From Alphaproteobacteria bacterium (lineage in GTDB: Bacteria; Pseudomonadota; Alphaproteobacteria; CALKHQ01): a DNA stretch of 64,000 nucleotides. How positions within the stretch are numbered: the stretch's first letter is position 1; each line of letters opens with the position of its first letter. Shown here piece after piece: positions 43,218 to 52,949 of this stretch. The translations under genes were made by a program, and so were the position numbers. Under the pieces are notes generated by a model. The model searched no databases. It had not been told where the DNA came from and saw only the letters and a program-made list of their open reading frames with translations. The stretch spans positions 2,240,001 through 2,304,000 of the forward strand of contig CBDDFZ010000001.1 of assembly GCA_965227515.1 (NCBI GenBank), in the 5' to 3' direction.

Positions 43218-44054
43218 GCCATGAACCACCAGAAAACCCGCGATGATTTGGCGCCGTCACCCGAGGTGATCTTGCGCGACGCCCCAGACGTGACCTTGCG
43301 CGGCGCCCCTGACGTGATCGTGCGTGGCGCAAGCGTCCGCTATGCCGGCGCTCCGCTGTTCGAGAATCTCGACATCACCCTGCAAGGCGGCCAGTGGACG
43401 TGCCTGCTTGGCCCCAGCGGCGTCGGCAAGTCGAGCCTGCTGCGGCTGATTGCGGGGCTGATCCCGCCATCGCCGGGCACGCGGATCGAGGCCGGCGGCC
43501 AGCCGCTGCCCGGGCGCGTGGCCTGGATGGCGCAGCAGGACCTGCTGCTGCCCTGGTGCGACGCCATCGGCAATCTCACGTTAGGCGCGCGGCTGCGCGG
43601 CGAGCGGGCCGACCGCGCCAAGGCAGAGGCGATGCTGGAGGCGGTGGGCATGTCGCATCGGCGCGATGCCCTGCCTGCCGCGCTGTCCGGCGGCGAGCGT
43701 CAGCGGCTGGCCTTGGCGCGCACGCTGATGGAAGACCGCCCGGTGGTGCTGATGGACGAACCGTTCTCCGCGCTCGATGCCATCACCCGCATGGAGATGC
43801 AGGACCTGGCCGTGCGCCTGCTGGCCGGACGCACCGTCATGCTGATCACCCACGATCCCCTGGAGGCGCTCAGGGTGGGCGACACCGTGTACGTGCTGGC
43901 GGGTCACCCGGCGGTGCTGCAGCCGCCGCTCCGTCCCGTCGGACCCGCCCCGCGCGATGTGCAGGACCCCGACCTCCTTGCCTTGCAGGGGCGGTTGCTG
44001 GCGCAGCTTGCCGGCATCGACAGTCACGCCGCACTGCCGGAGGCGGCGGAATGA
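43209..44054 (+). CDS. ABC ATPase, ThiZ-like (hydroxymethylpyrimidine uptake); alternative start at 43221
   Basis: GPSGVGKS, MAQQDLLLPW, LSGGERQR, LMDEPFSALD. Confidence 0.9.
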   Translation: MRVAMNHQKTRDDLAPSPEVILRDAPDVTLRGAPDVIVRGASVRYAGAPLFENLDITLQGGQWTCLLGPSGVGKSSLLRLIAGLIPPSPGTRIEAGGQPLPGRVAWMAQQDLLLPWCDAIGNLTLGARLRGERADRAKAEAMLEAVGMSHRRDALPAALSGGERQRLALARTLMEDRPVVLMDEPFSALDAITRMEMQDLAVRLLAGRTVMLITHDPLEALRVGDTVYVLAGHPAVLQPPLRPVGPAPRDVQDPDLLALQGRLLAQLAGIDSHAALPEAAE

Positions 44055-44818
44055 GCGTGCTGCGCCCCCTGATTGTCGCGGCGGGCATCGTCGCGATGTG
44101 GGCGCTGATCGTCGTTGCCACCGACCAGAAGCCCTTCATCCTGCCGGCGCCATGGCTGGTGGCGGAGACGATCTGGGCCCGTGCCGCCACGCTGGCCGAC
44201 AACGCCTGGGTCACCGGGGTGGAGATCGTGGCCGGGCTTGCCTGCGGGGCCGTACTGGGCGCGGTCAGCGCCCTGATCATCGGCCTGTTCGCGCCGGCGC
44301 GGCGGTGGCTGCTGCCGGTGCTGGTGGTCAGCCAGGCGGTACCGGTGTTCGCGCTGGCGCCGATCCTGACCCTGTGGCTCGGCTACGGCATGCTTTCCAA
44401 GATCGCGATGGCCACCCTGATCATCTATTTCCCGGTCACCGCCGCCTTCTATGACGGCCTGCGCCGCACCGATCCGCAATGGCTGGCGATGGCGCGGGTG
44501 ATGGGCGGCAACCGCTGGCGCACCCTGCGCCACATCTCCATGCCGTCGGCGCTGCCGGCTTGCGCTTCCGGCCTGCGGGTCGCAACCGCGGTGGCGCCGA
44601 TCGGGGCCATCGTCGGCGAATGGGTCGGCGCGTCGTCCGGCCTCGGCCATCTGATGCTGCACGCAAACGGGCGCGGCCAGACCGATCTGGTCTTCGCCGC
44701 CCTGGTGGTGCTCGCGGTGATGTCGGTCGCGCTCTACTTCGCGATGGATCACCTGTTGCGCCGCGCGGTGGCGTGGCAGCCGGACAGGATCGGCCAGCCG
44801 GCGGCGGACGCTGCCTGA
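44051..44818 (+). CDS. ABC permease, ThiX-like
   Basis: FILPAP, SQAVPVFALAP, GAIVGEWVGASSGLG. Confidence 0.9.
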   Translation: MSVLRPLIVAAGIVAMWALIVVATDQKPFILPAPWLVAETIWARAATLADNAWVTGVEIVAGLACGAVLGAVSALIIGLFAPARRWLLPVLVVSQAVPVFALAPILTLWLGYGMLSKIAMATLIIYFPVTAAFYDGLRRTDPQWLAMARVMGGNRWRTLRHISMPSALPACASGLRVATAVAPIGAIVGEWVGASSGLGHLMLHANGRGQTDLVFAALVVLAVMSVALYFAMDHLLRRAVAWQPDRIGQPAADAA

Positions 44819-44842
44819 ATTTCACGTGAGAGAGGACTTCGC

Positions 44843-45802
44843 ATGACACCGTTTGCGCGCGCAGCTTGTGCCGCCGGAACCCTGATTCTGGCAACCGCCG
44901 GGCCGGCGGTCGCCCAGGACGAGATGCCCCTGGACGACATGACCGTGCTGCTGGACTGGTTCGTCAATCCCGACCACGCCGCACTGGTGGTGGCCCAGGA
45001 AGCCGGCATGTTCGAGGCGCAGGGCCTGGAGGTCGAGCTGATCGAGCCGGCCGACCCCAACGATCCGCCCAAGCTGGTGGCCGCCGGTGGGGCCGACCTG
45101 GCGGTGTCCTATCAGCCGCAGCTTCACCTGCTGGTCGATGCCGGCCTGCCGCTGGTGCGCGTCGGCACCCTGGTCGCCACGCCGCTGAACACGCTGGTGG
45201 TGCTGGCGGACTCCGATATCCAGAGCATCGCCGACCTTGAGGGCAAGCGCGTCGGCTATTCGGTCGGTGGCCTGGAGGACGCCCTGCTCGGCGCCATGCT
45301 GGCGGAGCACGGGCTGGGCCTGGACGACATCACCCTCATCAACGTCAACTTCTCGCTGTCGCCGTCCTTGATGGCCGGCGAGACCGACGCGGTGATCGGC
45401 GCCTTCCGCAATTTCGAGCTCAACCAGATGGACATCATGGGCGAGCCGGGCCGCGCGTTCTACGTCGAGGAGGAGGGGGTTCCGCCGTACGACGAGCTTA
45501 TCGTCGTGACCCGCCCGGAACTGGTTGTCGACGACCGCATCGTGCGGTTCATGGACGCGGTGGAGGCCGCCACCCAGTACCTGATCAACCACCCGGACGC
45601 GGCGTGGGAGATGTTCATCGCCGCCTATCCGGACCTTGAAGACGAATTGAATCGGCGCGCCTGGGCCGACACGCTGCCGCGCCTTGCGCTGCGCCCGGCG
45701 GCATTGGACGAACGCCGCTACCAACGCTTCGCCGCGTTCCTGCAGGACCTGGCGCTGATCGGCGCGCCGCCCGAGATTGGGACTTACGCCGTCGCCCCGT
45801 GA
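44843..45802 (+). CDS. NMT1/ThiY-like substrate-binding protein
   Basis: Signal peptide, LDWFVNPDH, SYQPQL, RNFELNQ, GVPPYDEL. Confidence 0.92.
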   Translation: MTPFARAACAAGTLILATAGPAVAQDEMPLDDMTVLLDWFVNPDHAALVVAQEAGMFEAQGLEVELIEPADPNDPPKLVAAGGADLAVSYQPQLHLLVDAGLPLVRVGTLVATPLNTLVVLADSDIQSIADLEGKRVGYSVGGLEDALLGAMLAEHGLGLDDITLINVNFSLSPSLMAGETDAVIGAFRNFELNQMDIMGEPGRAFYVEEEGVPPYDELIVVTRPELVVDDRIVRFMDAVEAATQYLINHPDAAWEMFIAAYPDLEDELNRRAWADTLPRLALRPAALDERRYQRFAAFLQDLALIGAPPEIGTYAVAP

Positions 45803-45935
45803 CGTCCACACCGCCCGTGACATCCAGACCGCTTGACCGCCTCGCCGGAAACCCTTGTATTGGGCCAACAGGGGCCGGCCTGGCCGGGTTTGGCCGGTTC
45901 CGGCAAGAACGGCTGTGGTGGAAGAGCGAGACGAT

Positions 45936-46763
45936 ATGGCGATCAAGACGATCCTGGTTCATCTGGCGAACGACGAGGGCCACCGCGCGCGGCTGGACAT
46001 GGGCCGGATGCTGTCGCGGCGCTTCGGCGCCCACCTGATACTGCTGTACGTCACGCTGCCGGCGAGCCTGCCGGCGGGGGCACACGGCCGTGGTGCGTCG
46101 ATGGCCTTCATCCATGGCGCGCAGCGGCATGCCGAAGAGCGGGCCGCCGAGATCCAGGAAGAGATGGAACAGACCCATATCGGGCCGGAAGTCTCGTGGG
46201 AGTTTCGCATCGACAATGGCGACACCGACGACCTGCTGATCGAGTATTCCTATTTCTGCGATCTTGCCATCGTTGGCCATCCACGCAGCCGCGACAGCGA
46301 CGACTTCCTGCTCGGCCACCGGACCGACGACCTGTTGATCAGGCCGCCTTGCCCCGTGATCGTGGTTCCCGACGGCAAGAAGGTGCCGGATCTGACCGGC
46401 AACATCCTGGTGGCGTGGAAGGCAAGCCATCAGTCGGCACGCGCGCTGCGCGGCGCGCTGCCGTTCCTGATCGAGGCGCCCAAGGTCTATGTGCTGGCCA
46501 GCCGCCGCAAGGGCGGCCTGGAAACACCGGGCCTGATCATCTGCGATTACCTGGCCCGCCACGGCTGCAATATCGAGCTGTTGCCGGAGGACAAAGACCA
46601 CGGCGAACCGGGCGAGCGCATCCTTGGCCATGCACGCGACCTGGACTGTTCGATGATCGTGATGGGCGCCTACAGCCATTCGAAGCTGCGCAACTTCGTG
46701 TTCGGCGGTACGACCGGCTATCTGCTCGACCATCAGGACCGTCCGATCCTGTTCGACCACTGA
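45936..46763 (+). CDS. Tandem universal stress protein
   Basis: KTILVH, CPVIVVP, ILVAWK, IVMGAYSHSKLRNFVFGGTT. Confidence 0.9.
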   Translation: MAIKTILVHLANDEGHRARLDMGRMLSRRFGAHLILLYVTLPASLPAGAHGRGASMAFIHGAQRHAEERAAEIQEEMEQTHIGPEVSWEFRIDNGDTDDLLIEYSYFCDLAIVGHPRSRDSDDFLLGHRTDDLLIRPPCPVIVVPDGKKVPDLTGNILVAWKASHQSARALRGALPFLIEAPKVYVLASRRKGGLETPGLIICDYLARHGCNIELLPEDKDHGEPGERILGHARDLDCSMIVMGAYSHSKLRNFVFGGTTGYLLDHQDRPILFDH

Positions 46764-46810
46764 GTCGGAAACGTTGGATCCTGGCACGCTTGACAGTCGC
46801 CCTCTCCATC

Positions 46811-46912
46811 GTCATTGCGAGGAGCGGAGCGACGCGGCAATCCAGAGCAATCACGGGAACGCTTTGACAAACGACTGGATCGCCGCGCCGGCTGACGCCG
46901 GCTCGCGATGAC
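46811..46912. repeat. Palindromic repeat family C (GTCATTGCGAG...GCAATCCAG...CTGGAT...CTCGCGATGAC)
   Basis: Terminal inverted repeats with internal hairpins; resembles the common alphaproteobacterial RPE-like repeat. Confidence 0.75.
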
Positions 46913-46935
46913 GACGAAATTGGGCTGGGGGAAAT

Positions 46936-49014
46936 ATGCGTACAAGATATCGGCTGGGTGTGGATGCCGGCGGCACGTTCACGGACTTTGTCCTGGCCGA
47001 CCAGGACGGCGGCGTTCGTCTGTTCAAGACACCGTCGACACCGGAGAATCCGACCCGCGCGATCCGCGAGGGCCTGAACCTCATCTCCGCCGATGTCGGC
47101 GAGAGCCCGGCCGCCATCGTTTCCCAGTGCGACCTGTGCATCAACGGCACCACGGTGGGGCTGAATGCGCTGATCCAGCACAAGGGCGCCAAGGTCGGCC
47201 TGATCTGCACCAAGGGCCATGAGGACTCCATCGAGATCCGGCTGGGGCATAAGGAGGACGGTCACCGCTACGACGCCGACTATCCGCCGGCCAAGATGCT
47301 GGTGCCGCGCTACCTCAGATGCGGTGTCGACGAGCGCGTGCTGTCCACCGGCGAGGTGCGCACGCCGCTGAACGAGGACGATGTGCGCGCCGCCTGTGCG
47401 CTGTTCCGCAAGGAGGGCATCGAGGCGGTGGCGATCTCGTTCGTGTGGTCGGTGCTGAACGGCGACCACGAGGCACGCGCGGCCGAGATCGTGCGCGAGG
47501 AGATGCCGGACACATTCCTGGCTGTCGGCTCGGAGATCTACCCGCAGGTGCGTGAGTACACCCGCACGTCGACCACCATCACCAACGCCTATCTCGGCCC
47601 GATCATGAAGGGCTATGTCGACAGCATCGACGCCTTCTTCGCCGATTTGGGCGCGCAGTATCCGGTGCGCTATTTCCAGTCGAATGGCGGGCTGGCCATC
47701 GGCGAGGCGATGAGCGACCGCTCGGTCTACGCCATCAACTCCGGCCCGGCCTCCGCACCCACCGCCGGCCTGCACGTGGCCGCGCCCTTCGACATCGACA
47801 ACGTCATCACCGTCGACATGGGCGGCACCTCGTTCGACATCACCCTGGTGCGCGACGGCAGCGCCAACATCAACAAGAACATCGACTTCCTGCGCTACCG
47901 CATCGGCGTGCCGATGATCCAGGTCGAGACCCTGGGCGCGGGCGGCGGCTCCATCGGCTGGATCGACGATCTGGGCCTGCTGCAGGTGGGGCCGCAGAGC
48001 GCCGGCGCCGATCCGGGCCCGGCCTGTTACGACCAGGGCGGCACCGAGCCGACGGTGACCGACGCCAACATGGTGCTGGGCTACCTGGACCCGGTCGCAA
48101 TGCTGGGCGGCCGCATGGCGCTGGATGCCGCCAAGGCGCGCGAGGCGATCAAGACCAAAATCGCCGATCCGCTGGGCATCTCCGTCGAGCGCGCCGCCTA
48201 TGGCGTGTTCACCATCGTCAACAACAACATGGTCAACGGCATCCGCCGGGTGTCGGTGGAGCGTGGCTACGACCCGCGCGACTTCGTGCTGATTGCCGCC
48301 GGCGGCGCCGGTGCCGCCCACGTTACCGCGCTGGCGCGGGAGATCGGCAGCAAGACGGTGCTGGTGCCGAAGCTTGCCTCGGGCCTGTGCGCGTTCGGCC
48401 AGATCATCTCCGACGTCAAGTACAACTACATGGCGACCAGCCCGCTCCGGATGGAGAACGAGGCGGCCGCCGCCAAGCTCGACGAGCTCTACAACAGCAT
48501 CGAGGCGCAGGGCATCGAGCACCTGGAGGCGGACGGCTTTACCCGCGACCAGATCGATATCAAGCGCAGCCTCGACATGCGCTATGTCGGCCAGGTGCAC
48601 GAGTGCACCGTCGATATCGATATGTTCGAGGTGACGCCCGACAAGCTGGCCGACATCAAGGATGCGTTCCACAAGCGCCATGCTCAGCTCTACACCTATT
48701 CCGAGCCGCAGACGCCGGTGGAAGTGGTCAACATCGAAAGCACGCTATTCGGACGGGTGGAGCGGCCGAAGCCGGTGGCGCTGGCCGCGGGCAGCGAGGT
48801 GGCGGAGGCTGTGAAGGGCACCCGGCCGATGATCTTCTCGGCCGACGGCACCTCGACCGAGAGCCCGGTCTACGACGGCGCCAAGCTCGGCGCGGGTGCG
48901 GTGGTGCAGGGCCCCGCGGTGATCGAGGAAGAGACCACGACCATCGTTGTCGAGCCCGGCTGGACCGCGGAACTGCACGACAGCGCGAGCTATCTGCTGC
49001 GCCGGACGGATTGA
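46936..49014 (+). CDS. Hydantoinase/oxoprolinase-family subunit A (HyuA-like)
   Basis: GVDAGGTFTD, REYTRTSTT, SGPAS, DMGGTSFD, GAGGGSI, SAGADPGPACY. Confidence 0.93.
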   Translation: MRTRYRLGVDAGGTFTDFVLADQDGGVRLFKTPSTPENPTRAIREGLNLISADVGESPAAIVSQCDLCINGTTVGLNALIQHKGAKVGLICTKGHEDSIEIRLGHKEDGHRYDADYPPAKMLVPRYLRCGVDERVLSTGEVRTPLNEDDVRAACALFRKEGIEAVAISFVWSVLNGDHEARAAEIVREEMPDTFLAVGSEIYPQVREYTRTSTTITNAYLGPIMKGYVDSIDAFFADLGAQYPVRYFQSNGGLAIGEAMSDRSVYAINSGPASAPTAGLHVAAPFDIDNVITVDMGGTSFDITLVRDGSANINKNIDFLRYRIGVPMIQVETLGAGGGSIGWIDDLGLLQVGPQSAGADPGPACYDQGGTEPTVTDANMVLGYLDPVAMLGGRMALDAAKAREAIKTKIADPLGISVERAAYGVFTIVNNNMVNGIRRVSVERGYDPRDFVLIAAGGAGAAHVTALAREIGSKTVLVPKLASGLCAFGQIISDVKYNYMATSPLRMENEAAAAKLDELYNSIEAQGIEHLEADGFTRDQIDIKRSLDMRYVGQVHECTVDIDMFEVTPDKLADIKDAFHKRHAQLYTYSEPQTPVEVVNIESTLFGRVERPKPVALAAGSEVAEAVKGTRPMIFSADGTSTESPVYDGAKLGAGAVVQGPAVIEEETTTIVVEPGWTAELHDSASYLLRRTD

Positions 49015-49029
49015 CCATTTCGCCTTGTC

Positions 49030-49118
49030 GTCATGCTCGGGCTTGACCCGAGCATCCACGGGATGGCCGCATAAGCGGCCAATAAGACGTGGATGCCCGC
49101 AACAAGTGCGGGCATGAC
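49030..49118. repeat. REPIN-like element family B (29-bp spacer)
   Basis: GTCATGCTCGGGCTTGACCCGAGCATCCAC ... GTGGATGCCCGCAACAAGTGCGGGCATGAC. Confidence 0.85.
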
Positions 49119-49146
49119 GGAGTGTGGTTAGCGGAGGAGCAACTCG

Positions 49147-49449
49147 ATGACCGCGATAGAAGCCGAAGCCAGTTTGCAGCACGACAACGACCTGGTGCGG
49201 GTGACGCAGTACACGTTCCCCCCGGGGTCGGAGACCGGACACCACGTGCACGAGTACGCGTATGTCGTGGTGCCCACCGTCGGCGGCACGCTGACCATGG
49301 TCAACGAGGATGGATCGACCAACCAGGCCGAGTTGCAGGCAGGCGTGTCCTACCAGCGCCCGGCCGGGGTATCGCACAACGTCCTGAACAAGTCCGACGC
49401 GACGGTCGTCTTCGTCGAGGTCGAGCTGAAGGACCATCCTTTGGCATAG
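49147..49449 (+). CDS. Cupin-domain protein (BauB-like)
   Basis: NDLVRVT, PGSETGHHVH, RPAGVSHNV, VFVEVELK; GGAGGAG RBS. Confidence 0.85.
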   Translation: MTAIEAEASLQHDNDLVRVTQYTFPPGSETGHHVHEYAYVVVPTVGGTLTMVNEDGSTNQAELQAGVSYQRPAGVSHNVLNKSDATVVFVEVELKDHPLA

Positions 49450-49473
49450 AGCCGCCTACCTGCACACCTATGC

Positions 49474-49558
49474 GTAGCCTGGATGGAGTGAAACGAGATC
49501 CAGGAATCGGCGTGGGCGGTGGCTATCCCCGGGTTGCGCTTCGCTGCACCCGGGCTAC
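49474..49558. repeat. GTAG-type REP pair (family D)
   Basis: GTAGCCTGGATGGAGTGAAACGAGATCCAGG ... CCCGGGTTGCGCTTCGCTGCACCCGGGCTAC; inverted GTAG/CTAC ends. Confidence 0.75.
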
Positions 49559-49641
49559 CGCTCCTGGGTGGCCGGGTGCGGGCCGGGGCAGATCGACTCA
49601 AGAAAGCTTTAGGGTTTCCCACTGCTCACCGACACACCATC

Positions 49642-49817
49642 GTCATCCTCGGGCTTGTCCCGAGGATCCATTTATGTCCGATATGTCAATGAGTTATAAG
49701 ATTCGCACCAGTCGGTGGCGGGCGGTAGACCAGACTTGAGCCGCAGGCATCTGGCACAGTCGGTCTAAGGTGAGACCTTGCCCATGAATGGGTCCTCGCC
49801 ACAAGGGCGAGGACGAC
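49642..49817. repeat. REPIN-like element family B (116-bp spacer)
   Basis: GTCATCCTCGGGCTTGTCCCGAGGATCCAT ... ATGGGTCCTCGCCACAAGGGCGAGGACGAC. Confidence 0.85.
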
Positions 49818-49824
49818 ATGGTGG

Positions 49825-52800
49825 CTACTCCGCGGCGCGGGGCAGGGGCACAGGCTCCGCGTCGGGCGCCGGCGCATGTTCGGCGAGTTCTTCGCGAAGG
49901 CGGCGCGTCTCGGTGGCGCGGGCACTACCGAGGCGTGCAAAGATAACATAGGCCACCGGGGTCAGGAACAAGGTGAAGAAGGTGGCGAAGCCGAGCCCGC
50001 CGACGACGATCCAGCCAATGGACTCGCGGGCCTCCGCGCCGGGACCGCTGGAAAGCACCAGCGGCAGGCCACCCAGCACGGTGGAGATCATCGTCATCAT
50101 CACCGGGCGCAGGCGGATGACTGCGGCATCGCGCACCGCGTCGCGCACCGAATATCCGCGGTCGCGCAACTGGTTGGCGAACTCCACGATCAGGATGCCG
50201 TTCTTCGCCAGCAGGCCGATCAGCATGACCAGCCCGATCTGGCTGTAGATGTTGATCGAGGTGCCGGTGGCGTAGAGCGCCAGCACCGCGGCGGCGACGC
50301 CGAACGGCACGGTGGCGATGATCACAATGGCGCTCGCGAAGCTCTCGAATTGTGCCGCCAGCACCAGCAGCACCACCAGCAGCGCAATGCCGAACGTGAG
50401 CCCGACGCCGGATGACGTCTGGTCCAGCGTCGCAGCGTCGCCGGTGAACACGAGGTCGATGTCGTCCGGCAGCACATCGGCCGCCAGCGCCAGGATCGCG
50501 TCCATGCCGGTGCGCAGCGGCAGGTCGCCGGCGAGCGATGCCGAGACGGCCACCGCGCGGCGCTGGTTCTCGCGGTCCAGCTCCGGCGCGATCGCCATCT
50601 CCTGCAGGTCGACGATGGACGACAGCGGCAGGGTGCGGCCGGCATTGGTGCGGATGTAGAGGTTCTCCAGGTCCGCCGGATCGTCGATCACACCCGCCGC
50701 CGACTGCACGATCACGTCGACCGCCTCGCCGTCGATGAAGATCTGGGCAACGTCGTCGCCCTCGATCATCGCGCGCAGGCCGGCGCCGACGTCGCGCAGC
50801 GGGATGCCGAGGTCGGTGACCCGCTCGCGGTCGATCACGATGGCAAGCTGCGGCTGGTTGGTGTCGTAGTCGACCGACAGCCGCTCGAATATCTCCGGCT
50901 GGGCCTCGGCGGCGGCGGCGAGATCGTCGGCGGCTGCCGCAATGCGGTCGTAGTCGCCGCCTGTCAGCGCGAACGACAGGCCCGACCCGCCGCCGCGTAT
51001 GCCCAGGCTGTTGGGCGAGCGCAGGAACACTTGCGCGCCGGGAATGGCGGACAGGGCAGGGCGGATCTGGGCCACGATCTCCTGCTGGCTGCGGCTGCGC
51101 TCGTCCCAGGGCGTCAGGCGCACGATCAGGAAGGCGGAGTTGCTCGACCCGCGGCCGACCAGCGCGAACATATTGGTCGCCTCGCCGCTCTCGATCAGCG
51201 GGGCGACAATGGCCTCGGCCTGCTCGACCTGGGCATCGGTGTAGGCGAGGCCGGCGCCGGGCGGTGCGCTGATGCCGATGAACATGACACCGCGATCCTC
51301 CGGCGGCAGCAGCTCCTCCGACAGCGATCCGAACACGCCCCAGGCCGCCAGTCCGACCAGACCGCCCAACGCCAGCGCCACCAGCGGGGCGCTGAGCGCC
51401 CGGTCCAGGATTGCCGCATAGATGTCGGCGAGCTTGCTACCGATCCGGGCCATGAATCTCGGCTTGTCGGGGTCGGTCGTGCGCTTGGGCAGGCGCGCGG
51501 CCAGCATCGGGCACAGGCTGAGCGCCACGAACGAGGAGATCATCACCGCGAAGGCGAGCACGAAGCCGAACTCGGCGAACAGCCGACCCGCCGTACCCGG
51601 CAGGAAAGAGATCGGCACGAACACCGCCGCCAGGGTGGCGGTGGTGGCGATGACGGCGAAGAACACCTCGCGGGTGCCGACCACGGCCGCCGCGCGGGAC
51701 TTCAGGCCCTTGCCGCGCTGCCGCTCAATGTTCTCCAGCACCACGATGGCGTCGTCGACCACCATGCCGGTGGCCAGCACCATCGCCAGCAGGGTCAGGA
51801 TGTTGATCGAGAAGCCCAGCAGCCAGACCGCCGCGATGGTGCCGATCAGCGCGATCGGCATGCTGACCACCGGGATCAGCGTGGCGCGCACGGAGCCCAC
51901 GAACATGAAGATGACCAGGGTGACGATCAGCACCGAGATGCCCAGCGTCTTGGCGACCTCGGTGATCGACCCCTCGATAAACACCGCATCGTCGGACGAC
52001 TTGTTGACCTGCACGTCCGGCACCGTGACGGCCAGACGCTCGATCACCCGGTCGACCCCGTCGGAGATTGCGATGGTGTTGGATTGCGGCTGGCGAACGA
52101 TGGCCAGACCCATCACCGCCTGCCCGTCGAGGCGCACCGACGAGGAGCGGTCGCGCGGCGCGAAGAACACGCGCGCCACGTCGCCCACCCTGGTCCGCCG
52201 GTCGATGGCGATGGCCTCGACCTCGGCCTCGCTGGTGACGGTGGCGTCCGCGCGCACGATCAGTTCCTGGTCGGCGGTCTCCAGCGTGCCGGCGGGCACG
52301 TCGATCGCGGCGTCGCTCAACGCGTCGGTCAGGTCGGCCAGGCTGAGACCGCGACTGGCGAGCGCAAACGGGTCCAGCACCACGCGGACGGCCTGTTCCG
52401 CCTCGCCGTAGATCTGCACGTCCGCCACGCCCGGCACGGCGGCGATGGCGTCGGCGATGTCGTTCTCGACGATGTCGGTCAGGGCAGCGGGGCCAAGCCG
52501 CTCCGACGTGACCGACAGGCGGATGATGGCTGACGAATCGGCATCGGCCTTCACCACCGTCGGCGCTTCCATGTCGTCGGGCAGGCCGCGCGCGGCGGCG
52601 GAAACGGCATCGCGCACGTCGGCGGCGGCGACATTCAGGTCCACCGACGGATCGAACTCGATGGTCACCCGGCTGCCGCCATAATCGCTATTGGAACTGA
52701 GGGAGACGATGCCGGGTACCCGGGCCACCGCGCCCTCGATCACGCTGGTCACCTGGGTGTCGACGGTTTCCGGCGAGGCGCCGGGGAAATTGGCCCGTAC

Positions 52801-52938
52801 GGTGATGATCGGCCGGTCGACGTTGGGGAGCTCGCGGACCTCCACGCCCATCAGGGCGGCAGCACCGGCCACGATGATCAATAGGTTCAGCACGATCGCC
52901 AGCACCGGGCGGCGCACGCCCAGCGAGCTGATGTCCAT
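49825..52938 (-). CDS. RND efflux permease (AcrB/MdtB-like)
   Basis: RRPV, GMVVDDAIVVLEN, KNGILIVEF, RLRPVMMT; about 1040 aa. Confidence 0.95.
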   Translation of the reverse strand: MDISSLGVRRPVLAIVLNLLIIVAGAAALMGVEVRELPNVDRPIITVRANFPGASPETVDTQVTSVIEGAVARVPGIVSLSSNSDYGGSRVTIEFDPSVDLNVAAADVRDAVSAAARGLPDDMEAPTVVKADADSSAIIRLSVTSERLGPAALTDIVENDIADAIAAVPGVADVQIYGEAEQAVRVVLDPFALASRGLSLADLTDALSDAAIDVPAGTLETADQELIVRADATVTSEAEVEAIAIDRRTRVGDVARVFFAPRDRSSSVRLDGQAVMGLAIVRQPQSNTIAISDGVDRVIERLAVTVPDVQVNKSSDDAVFIEGSITEVAKTLGISVLIVTLVIFMFVGSVRATLIPVVSMPIALIGTIAAVWLLGFSINILTLLAMVLATGMVVDDAIVVLENIERQRGKGLKSRAAAVVGTREVFFAVIATTATLAAVFVPISFLPGTAGRLFAEFGFVLAFAVMISSFVALSLCPMLAARLPKRTTDPDKPRFMARIGSKLADIYAAILDRALSAPLVALALGGLVGLAAWGVFGSLSEELLPPEDRGVMFIGISAPPGAGLAYTDAQVEQAEAIVAPLIESGEATNMFALVGRGSSNSAFLIVRLTPWDERSRSQQEIVAQIRPALSAIPGAQVFLRSPNSLGIRGGGSGLSFALTGGDYDRIAAAADDLAAAAEAQPEIFERLSVDYDTNQPQLAIVIDRERVTDLGIPLRDVGAGLRAMIEGDDVAQIFIDGEAVDVIVQSAAGVIDDPADLENLYIRTNAGRTLPLSSIVDLQEMAIAPELDRENQRRAVAVSASLAGDLPLRTGMDAILALAADVLPDDIDLVFTGDAATLDQTSSGVGLTFGIALLVVLLVLAAQFESFASAIVIIATVPFGVAAAVLALYATGTSINIYSQIGLVMLIGLLAKNGILIVEFANQLRDRGYSVRDAVRDAAVIRLRPVMMTMISTVLGGLPLVLSSGPGAEARESIGWIVVGGLGFATFFTLFLTPVAYVIFARLGSARATETRRLREELAEHAPAPDAEPVPLPRAAE

Positions 52939-52949
52939 GCGGTCGTGGA

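Noticed and set aside
46537-48681. Long antisense or alternate-frame ORFs (also 4724-6613, 16081-18036, 23957-25927, 28404-30329, 51031-52533 and others)
   Set aside because: Shadow ORFs of well-supported genes, expected in high-GC DNA; no motifs.
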